From the NCBI GenBank assembly GCA_951406725.2, contig OX597833.1:52452001-52516000 (forward strand): DNA of 64,000 nucleotides. Reading direction: 5' to 3'. The position numbers were made by a program, and so were the translations under genes. Positions 1 to 12,338 of the stretch are shown piece after piece. The stretch comes from Octopus vulgaris (taxonomy: Eukaryota). Under the pieces are notes generated by a model that searched no databases, was not told the origin of the DNA, and was given only the letters and a program-made list of their open reading frames with translations. Position 1 is the stretch's first letter, and each line of letters begins with the position of its first letter.

Positions 1-340
1 ACTCTTCAATCCTTTTCTATGTTGTTGACATAGATGATAGTTTTTCTTTGCTCTCCTTCTTCCCTTTCGCTTTGGCACTCTCCTCCCGGACATATATATT
101 GAAAATCATTTTTTTTAGGCATTACATATTTAGTACTATATTATCCGAAACATTCTGCACTTTCTAGGGCTGCAGAATGAGATTTCAGACAAATTTAGCT
201 GTTATTTCTTGCATATCAAGTGAATTGTGAGAGATTTCCCAGTTGGCTCGACATATTCATATATGAAGAGGATTTAACAATATTCTACGAATGTGTTTTT
301 CCGTTTGTTCCGTTTGTTTGTATTTCTATATATCTTTTGG

Positions 341-375
<35 letters not shown>

Positions 376-435
376 GCACACACATATATCATATGATATA
401 TCATATGTATGTATATATTTATTACATATGTATGC

Positions 436-528
<93 letters not shown>

Positions 529-614
529 ACAACAAAAGAATGAAAGCGACCTCGATATTATGTAAATAGAAGAATTTATCTGTAAGATAATATGTGACAA
601 AATGCATTTTTTGA

Positions 615-689
615 TTGCCTCGATAACTGATGAGATGCTGGAGCAGATTTCCGCCCCGACATCCGAAACTCGGAGTCTTGTTATGGCAA
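615..689 (+). ncRNA. Type I hammerhead ribozyme motif (Penelope/retrozyme type), partly decayed
   Basis: CTGATGA 627-633; imperfect stem II GATG...CATC; GAAA 665-668; stem III ACTC-G-GAGT; GTC cleavage triplet ending 677; stem I ttgcc..gataa / ttgtt..ggcaa. Confidence 0.65.
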
Positions 690-1458
690 CCGAATAATTG
701 TCACATACTATATATTATTTTATATTATGTTATATTATATATATATATATATAATTGTCTGATTACTTAAATATTGCGCTCTAGTATGGCTACAGTTGAA
801 TGACTAACGCGTGTATAAAGGAAGGAATGATTACATTCGCCAAGTATAAACATAACATTACGTCATCGACAAGACACGAAGCGGTGGACATCGTAACTAG
901 TAATACCTCACGCCCGATCGACACTGTAATATAAAAAATAATTGTAACCGTCGAACGTGTTATGAACCAATCCCCGAAGTAGAAGAAGGAGGAAAAAGCC
1001 TGTAATTTCTTGGGCTCAGCATTAAATCGTTACAAGCAGATTACTCTCTGAGGCCTAAAGTTTAGATATCTTATCACTTAAGCGATATTTCACACAGCCG
1101 CCTCTACCATCGTTAAACAATTCTGGTTTTGTTTGTCGTAGATTTCTTTTACAAAGCAAACTGGTTTCGGTAGCAGACATTAAACAGAAGAACTATCTAC
1201 GTTGTTTCGCTACGCTTCTTTAAGAAATAAGTATTATTTTTATACACACAGATTTTAATAAGAATCTAGTGTACACCCAAATTTGTAGCACAGTTTTCTT
1301 TCTGATGACGAATATGTTTAATAATTGTAACAGAGATATTTATAAAAATACGGCAATAACATTAGAATTATTGTTATGGTTAAAACACATTATGTGTTAC
1401 TAGCGGGAAATTTCACGGTGTAAGCCAGTATATTTGAAAACATGTTAATATATTGATT

Positions 1459-2318
1459 TCAGATTTTGCCACAGGACCAGCAGTGTTGGGGATGAGATAA
1501 ATCGATTTCATCGCCCTCAGTTCTCACCTGGCACTTATTTTATAGACTGTCGCAAGGATGAAAGGCAAAGACGACCTCAGAGGAATTTGAACTTGGATCG
1601 TAAAGTCGGACGAAAAGTTACTAAGTATTTAACTAGGCGTGCTAACGACTTAGCCAGCTCACTGCTTTACGAAAAAAAAAGCATATGCTAATATATTGAT
1701 TTCAAACTTTGGTTCAAGGCTACTAACTTCAGGTGAGTGGGTAAGTCGCTTCCATCGACCCCAGTGCTCAACTGATACTTAATTTATTGACTCCGAACGG
1801 ATGAAAGATAACGTGTACCTCGGCGAGATTTGAACGCAGAACGTAACAGCGGACGAAATGCCGCTAAGCATTTTTCCCGGCGCGCTAAAGATTCCGCCTG
1901 CTCACCGCCTTAATAAACATTTCCACTATAGGCACACGGCCTGAAAAATTGGGGGAGTTGCGGATAGTCGATTACATCAACCCCAGTACACAACTGGTAC
2001 TTTAATTTATCAATCCCGACGGGATGAAAGGCAAAGTTCACCTCGGCGGAATTTGATCTCAGAACGTAACGACTGACGAAATACCTATTTCTTTACTACC
2101 CACAAGGGGCTAAACACAGAGGGGACAAACAAGGACAGGCAAACGGATTAAATCGATTATATCGACCCCAGTGGGTAACTGGCACTTATTTAATCGACCC
2201 CGAAAGGATGAAAGGTAAAGTCGACCTCGGCGGAATTTGAACTCAGAACGTAGCTGCAGACGAAATACCGCTAAGTATTTTGTCCGGCGCGGTAACGATT
2301 CTGCCAGCTTACTGCCTT
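1459..2318 (-). mobile_element. Cluster of family A tRNA-derived SINE copies
   Basis: Repeated reverse-complement matches to ggcggcgagctggcagaa...gagttcaaattccgccgaggtcgactttgcctttcatcctttcggggtcgat. Confidence 0.85.
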
Positions 2319-2565
2319 AATAATAATAATGTAAAAAGAAAAAAAAAAAACAAAAAAAAAAAACAAATATATTAGACACAAGCAAAGAATTTCCAAATGT
2401 TTCTTTTGAAATTTTTCCAATTAATCTAAAGTGTACTTTTAAATATAATCGAAATGAACTTCAACATTATTGCTTAATTACCATGTTTTAATGTTCGACA
2501 GATAAATTCTATACCCAGCCCTTGACAAGACACTTCCTTTCACGTTGTTCCAGTCTATGCAGCTG

Positions 2566-2628
2566 AGTCGACTTTTGAGTCGTACTTTTGAGTCGTACTT
2601 GTGAGTCGTACATGTGAGTCGTACTTGT
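2566..2628. repeat. 13-bp minisatellite (gagtcgtacttkt) x~5
   Basis: Direct tandem units visible, adjoining a decayed family C SINE tail. Confidence 0.8.
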
Positions 2629-2751
2629 ATTTCAATGGGACGGTTGTGACACATTCTGTGTCATGCGGAATCTCATTGAGAACTACATTAGGTGTACACA
2701 TGTCTGTGGAGTGTTCAGCCACTTTCATGTTAATTTCACGAACAGGTTAAC

Positions 2752-3228
2752 GCGGTGAGCTGGCACAAACATTAGCACGCCGGGTGAAATGCTTAGCAGT
2801 ATTTCGTCTGTCTTTACGTTCCGAGTTCAAATTCCGCCAAAGTCGACTTTGCCTTTCATCGTTTCGGGGTCGATAAATTAAGTACCGGCTACGCACTGGG
2901 ATCGATATAATCGACTTAATCCGTTTGTCTGTCCTTGTTTGCCCTCTCTGTGTTTAGCCCCTTGTGGTTAGTAAAGAAATAGGTATTTCGTCTGCCGCTA
3001 CGTTCTGAGTTCAAATTCTGCCGAGGTCGACTTTACCTTTCATCCTTTCGGGGTCGATAAATTAAGTACCGATTACGCACTGGGGTCGATATAATCGACT
3101 TAATCCGTTTGTCTGTCCTTGTTTGCCCTCTCTGTGTTTAGCCCCTTGTGGTTAGTAAAGAAATAGGTATTTCGTCTGCAGCTACGTTCTGAGTTCAAAT
3201 TCCACCAAGGTCGACTTTGCCTTTCATC
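2752..3228 (+). mobile_element. Family A SINE multimer (head + ~2.4 body units)
   Basis: One A-box head, then body repeated with junction aaagaaatag|gtatttcgtc. Confidence 0.9.
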
Positions 3229-3559
3229 AAACAAACAAACAAAAAATAATAATTTCTAATCTAAAGATAAAGATAATTTGGTGAGAGGAATTGGTCGATA
3301 ATAGTGATACCAGTATTTAACTGGTATCTATTTTATCGATACTAGAAGGATGACAGATTCCAAACTTTTGTTGTTCGCTTTTCCTTACCATAGGATACAA
3401 GATCACAATATTAAGGTAAGGATATGTAGTCACTTGAATAGATCAAATTCAACTCAAATTCATTCTATCAACAGACGGGAATGATGGAAGAGCAGACTCT
3501 CCCTTGGCAGGATTTGAATTACAAATTTGATATCTTTTTCTTACTGCACTGAATTAACT

Positions 3560-3921
3560 ATTTCTTTACTACCCACAAGGGGCTAAACACAGAGAGGACA
3601 AACAAGGACAGACACACGGATTAAGTCGATTACATCGACCTCAATGCGTAAAAGGTACTCTATTTATCGACCCCGGCAGACAATATACCTATTTCTTTAT
3701 TACCCACAAGGGGCTAAACACAGAGGGAACAAACAAGGACAGACATAGGTATTAAGTCGATTACATCGACCCCAGTTCGTAACTGGTACTTAATTTATCG
3801 ACCCCGAAAGGATGAAAGGCAAAGTCGACCTCGGCGGAATTTGAACTCAGAATGTAACGACAGACGAAATACCGCTAATCATTTCACCCGGCGTGCTAAC
3901 GTTTCTGCCAAGTCGCCGCCT
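3560..3921 (-). mobile_element. Family A SINE with partial second unit and target-site duplication
   Basis: TSD ttactgcact(ga/cc)attaact at 3541-3559 and 3922-3940. Confidence 0.9.
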
Positions 3922-4632
3922 TTACTGCACTCCATTAACTTTGAGTTTTTGGTTTAAGTGTGGCGCTTGAGTACAGAATAATCAAGACATTAATTAACAT
4001 AACCTTTCTTTCTTTGTTTGTTTCTTTCTTACCTTCTTTCTTTCCTTCTTTCTTTCTTTCTTTCTTTCTTTCTTTTATTTCTTACTCCCTCCTCTCGCAC
4101 CCACACCCTCCACGCTTTTATTCTCGCTTCTGGCATCACTAATTTCAATACCAGCCAGCATATGATGTTTGTTTGTTAGAAGGGAACATATTGCTGCAGC
4201 TTAGACGCTATTAATGCAAGCCTTTTTGACTTCTCACTTAGTGCACAGAGACATGCACTCACACAAGTGCAGGTGTATGTATGGATTTATCTGGTTGTAT
4301 AAGAGAGTACGAAACAGAATGAGTGTCCATCTGTTGAGGTTAGTAATTTCTACGTTGAAAATGCCTGGAGTCGCTTACAATGTGAACTAGTACGGAATAT
4401 AGCAATTATGTATTTCTTTTAGACAAATATTAAGCAAAATACATAAACTGAGATTTACTTGATGCCAGGAGAAGCAGCAAACATTGTAGAAAAAAAAATC
4501 TGCAAGAAATTTCCTTAATTTGTCAGAACACCAGCATATTATTTCTTGGTAATGCTTTAACTGAAGGTGGTGAATTGGTGGCTCAGTTAGCACAAGTGAA
4601 TCTCTTTGTGGTGATTAGGTGCAGCTCGATAA

Positions 4633-5231
4633 GGCGGCGAGCTGGCAGAAACGTTAGCACCCCGGGCGAAATGCTTAGCAGTATTTCGTCTGCCGCTACG
4701 TTCTGAGTTCAAATTCCGCCGAGGTCGACTTTGCCTTTCATCCTTTCGGGGTCGATAAATTAAGTACCAGTTACGCACTGGGGTCGATATAATCGACTTA
4801 ATCCGTTTGTCTGTCCTTGTTTGTCCCCTCTGCGTTTAGCCTCTTGTGGGTAGTAAAGAAATAGGTATTTCGTCCGTCGCTACGTTCTGAGTTCAAATTC
4901 CGCCGAGGACGACTTTGCCTTTCATCCTTTCGGGGTCGATTAAATAAGTACCAGTAACGCACTGGAAACGATATAATCGACTTAATCCGTTTGTCTGTCC
5001 TTGTTTGTCCCCTCTGTGTTTAGCCCCTTGTGGGTAGTAAAGAAATAGGTATTTCGCCCGTCGCTACGTTCTGAGCTCAAATTCCGCCGAGGACGACTTT
5101 GCCTTTCATCCTTTCGGAATCGATTAAATAAGTACCAGTCAAGCACTGGGGTCGTTGTAATCGACTTAATCCGTTTGTCTGTCCTTGTTTGTCCCCTCTA
5201 TGTTTAGCACCTTGTGGGTAATAAAGAAACA
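4633..5231 (+). mobile_element. Family A SINE trimer (184-bp period) with TSD
   Basis: Units start at 4681, 4865, 5049; TSD gattaggt(g/a)cagct at 4613-4626 and 5232-5245; B box gagttcaaattcc in the first two units. Confidence 0.92.
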
Positions 5232-6324
5232 GATTAGGTACAGCTGCTTGTATTCTGAGTTCAATTCGTGCCGAGGTCACTTTTTTTGTTTGTTTGTTTG
5301 TTTGTTTGTCTTTTTTTCGCGTTTGACGCACCTGCAGTCGATAGAATAAATACTGGTTCATAATACTGATATCGATTTTATTGATTGCATCCAGCTTGAA
5401 TTTTCTGGACGCGTTCCAGATTTAAAGTTTAATACAAACGCCATTGTAAACGTAAAGCGAGAGTAATCTAGTCTCTTCGATTTTTAATGCTAGTGAACAT
5501 CTGATATTACCAACTAAAATTATTTGCGTGCAGAGCAAAGTAGAATGCCTGTACACTGTACCTCAGTCTGCTAGGAAGAACGACCGAATCACTCTTTTAC
5601 ATTGGTTATGTTCATGTAAATATCTCACATAAGTAGCGTTGTCCTAAACATGCTATGTCAGAGAAAATCGGGATGGTCACGGCCAGAAGAATAACATTTT
5701 GATAACGCTCTGCCTGTAAGAAATAGTACAGAGATCCCTCGTGTACAATTACCTGTACTCTCTCATAAAGGAAGGTCATAATAGAAGGTCATGTAGTCCC
5801 ACAGAAACTGTGTCAGAAAGAAAGTGGTATGGTCACTGCTGAAATGATTCTGATCAGAAATTCTTTCAAGCAAAAGCATCTTAATAAGCTCACTGTTGAT
5901 GGCAGCGAGTTGGATGAATCGTTAGCACGCCGGGCAAAATGCTTAGCGATAGACTTTCTGTATGTTCTGAGTTCAAATCCCGTCGTTGTCGACCTTGCTT
6001 TTTATCATTTCGGAGCCGATAAAATAAATACTAGATGAGCGCTGAGGTCGATATAATTGACTTAGCCCTACCCACGAAATTGCTGACCTCATGCCAAAAT
6101 TTGAAACCAGTAATCTCACTGTTGGTGCCATAAGCCAAACTGAATATCACTGCAAAATGCCACTGTAATGCCAAACTAAAATTAGTAAGTAATGACTATA
6201 GATAGCTAATAGTTACAAAGCACGGTTGTATAGAATTTTACAGAGGTCCTGCTGCATGTAATTATTTTGAGCTGTGGATACCGAAGGAATATCATTTTAT
6301 TTGAATGTGGTTTTTATTTGAATG

Positions 6325-6989
6325 TGCTCTTTCCAAAACTTGGATTATAACACCCTCAAGAAATTCAGACCTCAACTTCTCTGGTTTCTCTATTGATATT
6401 CTCCTTCAGTTGCTCCAGGGTCTCCGGTTTATTGACATAAACCGTCTCATTCAGGTATCCGCACCAGAAAAAAATCCAGTTTAGTCAAGTCTGGGGTACG
6501 TGAAGGACAATCAAGATGGAGCAACTGCTCATACCGCCAGAGAAACATGCAGTTGCTACGGTAGTGCTTTAGAGAGAGATTCATCTACCGCTATGGGAAT
6601 ATCAACTGGCCTTCACGTTCCCCAGAATTGACTAGCCCGGATTTTCTCTTGTGGTGGATACCTGAAAGAGCGGATTTACAATAATAAACCGGAGACCCTG
6701 GTGCAGCTGAAGGAGAACATCAATAGAGAAATCAGAGAAGTAGGGTCTGAATTTCTTGAGGGTGTTATGGTGCAAGTTTAGGAAAGAGCATGGCAGTGCG
6801 TAGCCGAAAATGGCTGCCATTCAAGCGATGGCATTTTCATATGTGATGTAGTGGCGTTGCAAATTTTAAACTCATGCATATCAATTTTCATTATGTTCCT
6901 TATATTGTATTAAAATTTCAAGCAGTAATTTAAAACGTTAAGGAAGTTATTAAAAACTGAAACCCTTCAGTTATTTTGCGGACAGCTTG

Positions 6990-6990
<1 letters not shown>
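6325..6990 (+). mobile_element. Decayed Tc1/mariner-superfamily transposase 3' region with fold-back inversion
   Basis: + strand translation QDGATAHTARE...NWPSRSPELTSPDF../WGYLKERIYNNKPETLVQLKENINREI (frameshifted); 6325-6506 is an inverted copy of 6610-6790. Confidence 0.8.
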
Positions 6991-7042
<52 letters not shown>

Positions 7043-7046
<4 letters not shown>

Positions 7047-7510
7047 CGTATATTTGCCATTTGAATATGGCTAACCCCTAAGGGTGAATGCTACTGTAGT
7101 TTGTAGCCCCAGGAGGACACCTCCTCCAGCTGGCTATAGACACACTTTCTGTGCCCTATCAGTATTTGCAAAGGGAAGCCATCCTTCCCGTCTTCAACTT
7201 ATGATACACACGGACTCGAGTTTCAGGGTATTGACCCGTCATCGGCGTGTGACAATCATAGTTGTCGATGAGAAGTTGGTTCCCTTCGCAAATACATATA
7301 CTTTTTCCAGTATCGATTGACACTGATATTGAAAAAGTGAAATCAAACAATGATAAATCTCAGAGCGAGTTATAAACAGTAGCAGCAACACATCGTGACG
7401 TATATTTGCCAAGGGTGAATGCTACTGTAGTTTATAGCCCCAGGAGGACACCTCCCCCAGCTGGCTATAGACACACTTTCTGTGCCCTCTGCGAAAGAAA
7501 ATTATGTCAC
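7043..7510 (-). mobile_element. Retrozyme-like / Penelope pseudo-LTR element: ~1.3 copies of a 352-bp unit with a hammerhead
   Basis: Direct repeats 7043-7157 and 7395-7488; internal minus-strand HHR; adjacent to (TA)n. Confidence 0.7.
7207..7251 (-). ncRNA. Type I hammerhead ribozyme motif (CCGATGA core variant)
   Basis: Minus strand: cacacg CCGATGA c-gggt-caat-accc-t GAA ACTCGAGT C cgtgtg; 6-bp stem I, palindromic stem III, GUC site. Confidence 0.75.
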
Positions 7511-8019
7511 TGTATGTATGAATAGCTCAACTCCAATGCAAATTAGATATTAAATATTTCATTTTACGTTCCTGCTTCCAGAACGCCATTGCTTTCTCTG
7601 AAACGGTGAGTCGTAATTCTCTTTTTACGAATGCTGAAGCTCATCTCAGAAACTTTTCTGTAAAGTTTGCAGATAATTTCTGTTCTCCACTTAATCATTT
7701 GATCTCTATCTACGACACACCCAGCAAGTAGGTTTACTTATATATATATGTGTGTATGTATGTGTGTGTGTGTGTGTGTGTACTGATGTACATTCATACA
7801 TACCTACACATACCTATATATTTGTAATCTTCATTGATACATATATGCATTCATATATATTTATATATATATATATATATATATAGATATATATATATAT
7901 ATATTCACACATATATTATTTATATATATTTATATATATATTCACACACATATATTATATATTTATATACATGCATATAATATATATAAATATATATACA
8001 TACATATATATACAGACGT

Positions 8020-8064
<45 letters not shown>

Positions 8065-8606
8065 TACATATATCATATACATACATACATATTTATACAC
8101 ACACCCAGACGTATACATACATGCACAGGCACACATATGCCTGTGTATGAGTGGATAGGAGTATGTTCTTAAATATGCGAAGATTTACGTATATGTTCAG
8201 ATGTATAGATATCAAAAATACTCAGCCACCACTGCACACTGTTCCAGTGAAATACAGTTGTGCACATGCGCATATATACTCCCCATTTCCTCCCTTACAC
8301 GTATTTAGTTCTTCACATACGCATACACAAGCATACGACGATATAGACACATATACACGCACATCACACATATATGTAAGTGTGTAAGTATATATGCGTG
8401 TATGTATATATTACAACGATTCACAAAGTTTATCTCTCTTCATTTGCACACGTGAATAATATACACATAAATAACATTGCAGTCATGCACCAATTCATTT
8501 GTATACATATATATGTATATATATTGAAACAATATAATGCTACGCGAAAACTTTAATACGCATTTACACACACATTTGTATATATACGCAGAAACACTTA
8601 CACGCA

Positions 8607-8672
<66 letters not shown>

Positions 8673-8739
8673 GAGAGAGAGAGAGAGAAAGATTCAGAGA
8701 AAGGTATACATATATATATATATATATATGTGGTTAGGG

Positions 8740-9010
8740 CAGTGGTTAGGGCAGCGGACTCGCGGTCGTAGGATCGCGGTTTCTATTCTCAGACCGGGCG
8801 TTGTGAGTGTTTATTGAGCGAAAACACCTAAAAGCTCCACGATGCTCCGGCAGGGGTTGGTGATCCCTGCTGTATTCTTTCACCACAACTTTCTCTCACT
8901 CGCTTAGCCAGTGGGTAGGCGTCATTCGAAGGCTAAAACAATGCGAACGCATTGTGACCAGCGATGTGTAGCAACATCTGATGGTCTAGTCGGTCACGTG
9001 ATCACGTGAT
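8740..9010 (+). mobile_element. Family C tRNA-Arg-like SINE head with alternative tail
   Basis: Head matches the 25553-25938 element but the 3' part differs; flanked by duplicated (GA)n-aagattcagagaaaggtatacatat. Confidence 0.75.
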
Positions 9011-9605
9011 ATATATATATATATATATATAAAGAGAGAGAGAGAGAGAGAGAGAAAGATTCAGAGAAAGGTATACATATTTGTATATATATATTTATAT
9101 GTATATATATATATATGTACATATATATATATCTGTATATATATGTGTGTGTGTGTATGTATGTATAAATATATATATATATGTATACATAAATCTATAA
9201 TTATGTATGCGTATTTAGAATGTTGCTTCTATATAGGAGCTTATGTGTGTATATATATATGTGTATAATATATATATATGTACACATATATATATATGTG
9301 TGTGTGTATGATATATATGTATATATGTATATATATATAAATTTATGTATGTATGGATATGTATGTGAAGTATGCATATGCATAAATATACTTATATATA
9401 CACAGATATATACAGATCTAAATTAATATACGTATATATACTTTTCTATTTTGTGTATATATATGTATATGTATATGTATGCGTGTGTGTATAGTTACAC
9501 ATATGCATGTATTCATATATGTGTATGTATCTGTGTGTGTGTGTGTGTGTGTTATCTGTTATAAAACAGTGAGTAATGTGTGTGTATATATGTGCTTTTG
9601 TATCC

Positions 9606-9651
9606 GTGCTCTGAGGAGTGAAACAGTGAAACGTTTCGTCTATGTCGGCAT
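9606..9651 (+). ncRNA. Possible decayed hammerhead motif
   Basis: gtgct CTGAGGA gtgaaacagt GAA acgt..atgt C ggcat; core intact, stem II weak. Confidence 0.4.
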
Positions 9652-10274
9652 AAAAACTGTATTGCATTTGTGTGCTTTGAGTCATGCCCAGCTGCGTACA
9701 AATCATCTACATCTAGAAATAGTTGCAGTCAACCATTTCGATTATGTGCACGAGATTAGAAATTAAACAAATATTATAATCTCGCTATATTCTCCTTGCC
9801 AATCGTTCTAGAAATCTCTGTAAGATTCTGTAGAACCACATCAAAGGAAATGAATATTTTGCCGCGTCCTGTTTATTTTTTTTTTTTTACTCGTTCTTGA
9901 AACATCATGGAATTATGACACATTTAATTTGTGCATTTAACATATCTTAACAAATTATTTTAGACTTTCTGTACATAAGTAACAAAAAAAAAAAATGTTA
10001 AATAAGTAATAAATTCTATTAAAACAAATTTTAAATATAAAAAAAAAACAACATATCTTTTATCTTTTACATGTTTCAGTTATTAAATTGCGGCCATGTT
10101 AGGGCACCGCCTCGAATAAGTTTTCGTCGAGTTTATCGACCCCAGCATTTATTTTTATAAAAGTCTAATATTTATTCTATCGGTTCATTTTGCCAAATCG
10201 CTATGTATTGCCTTGCAGGGTATTATTGCCAAACCGGTTGCCAAGCGGTTCTAGGAAGATAAATACTGAGAAAG

Positions 10275-10310
<36 letters not shown>

Positions 10311-10317
10311 GAATCGC

Positions 10318-10512
10318 TAGCTTCTGCACGCATTTTTTTTCTCTCCTTGTTTCTCTCCGTGTTTCTTTTCTGTGTATCTTTCTGTTGAAGAGCGTAGGCT
10401 CGAAACGTAAAAGACTTGTTTTATTTATATTCCTGAGCGCCATACTAATACAATTGTTTGTTTGTACTCCACCTGCCTTCGTCTTTTGTTTATTTTCATA
10501 AAGCTTCCCGTT
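10318..10512 (+). mobile_element. Penelope-like terminal fragment with HHR-like motif (10377-10414)
   Basis: tcttt CTGTTGA a gagc-gtag-gctc GAA ACGT A aaaga; related copies at 15737-15870 (-) and 50150-50290 (+). Confidence 0.65.
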
Positions 10513-11119
10513 ATATATTTATATATATATATGCACATATATACGACGAGCTTCTTCCAGTTTCCGCCAACCAATTGCACTCGCATGGCGTATTGGTCGG
10601 CTGGAGGCTATAGTAGAAGATATATGACCAAGTTTCCACGCAGTGGGACTGAATCTGGAACCATGTGATTTGGAAGCAAGCTTCTTACCACACAGCCACG
10701 CCTGCGCCTATCAATATATAAAGATTTTAAGAATGCAAAAATTCATATAAGATCTTCTTTGAATGAATCATAATTACATGTTTTTTGTTTCATTTTTGGT
10801 ACATCTACGAGGTATTTTATCTCATTTTTACAGTGACATGAAGTGCATAATATGCTTCTTAGACGAAGTTCGTTGCAAAACTGATCAATTAACCACAGTT
10901 ATTAAACTACTGAGTAAAATTACTTGATTTTGTTATCAGTCATCAAACTTTCAAATGCAACCAGAATATTTCTATCCCCAATACCATTGTGGTACCTTTA
11001 TGCAGCCTGACGAACTGAGTCTCTAAATGTAAAATTTTGAATATGGACTGAGCGCTCGTGAAAGAACTTACCCCACTGTCTTTTCTGCTCAATGAATGTC
11101 TCCCAATATGGTTGACATC

Positions 11120-11286
11120 AGCTGTGTGGTAAGTAGCTTGCTTACTAACCACATGGTTCCGAGTTCATTCCCACTGCGTGGCACCTTGGGCAAGTCTCTT
11201 CTGCTATAGCCTCGGGCCGACGAAAGCCTTGTTAGTAGATTTGGTAGACGGAAACTGAAAGAAGCCCGTCGTATCTATATACATAT

Positions 11287-11358
<72 letters not shown>

Positions 11359-11609
11359 ATGTATGTATGCATGTATGTATGTATGTATGTGTGTGTATGT
11401 GTTTGTGCGTGTGTTTCTCCCCCAACATCGCTTGACAACCGATGCTGGTGTGTTTACGTCCCTGTAACTTAGCGGTTCGGCAAAAGACACCGATAAAATA
11501 AGTGCTGGGCTTACAAAGAATAAAGTCCCGGGGTCGATTTGCCCGACTAAAGGCGGTGCTCCTGCATGACCGCAGTCAAATGACTGAAACAAGTAAAAGA
11601 GTAAAAGAC
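11120..11609 (+). mobile_element. Family B tRNA-derived SINE with internal microsatellite
   Basis: Head gctgtgtggtaagtagcttg...; CORE-like ccttgggcaag; internal (TA/TG)n; tail cagtcaaatgactgaaacaagtaaaaga. Confidence 0.9.
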
Positions 11610-12338
11610 TATATTTTTTTTTTCAAGAATGCAAGAGATTTGAGTGCTACTTCTAGCAAGTTGAGTGACCAGGAAGAAGATCCGTCATTGACTGGTGCGT
11701 CATAAAAGAGAGAGAAAAGAACACAAAGGTAAACCAGCCGCTAATAGAGATATTCAGATTTCTGTACCCGACGGACAGTTAATTAGCCAAAAACGCACGT
11801 ATGTTTGACAGATACCCGAATACCTCCATATGTTAAAACAAGTGCTTAGTTAACCATAAAATATTGTATGCTTTCGACAAATTAACTTAACCATATGTAA
11901 CCATATGTTTCATCATATTACTGACACACACAACGATATTTACGAGTTCATCTGCCACCTACATACTACGACATAGTTGCACATCTCCCCATAAGTGTTA
12001 CTATTCTCAACGTTATATGTATATATGTATATGTATGAATTTTGTGTGCGTATATGTATAATGAGGAGGAGGAAGAGATGTGCTTGGGCGGGTGGGTGGG
12101 TGTGTATTTTTGTGTTTGTTCGTAAGAGCAAGGCTTTCATATGCAGACTAGAGTATTCAATACTTCAAGAAGGAATATTGAGGCCAATTTACAGAGTTAA
12201 GTTACTCTTGTTTTGTTCATGGCCAAACTGAAAGACGATATGTTATGAACTCTGAAAGCTAGTAAGTAATCAATAACATATTATAATATAACATAACACA
12301 ACACAACACAACACAACACAATATTATATTATATTATA

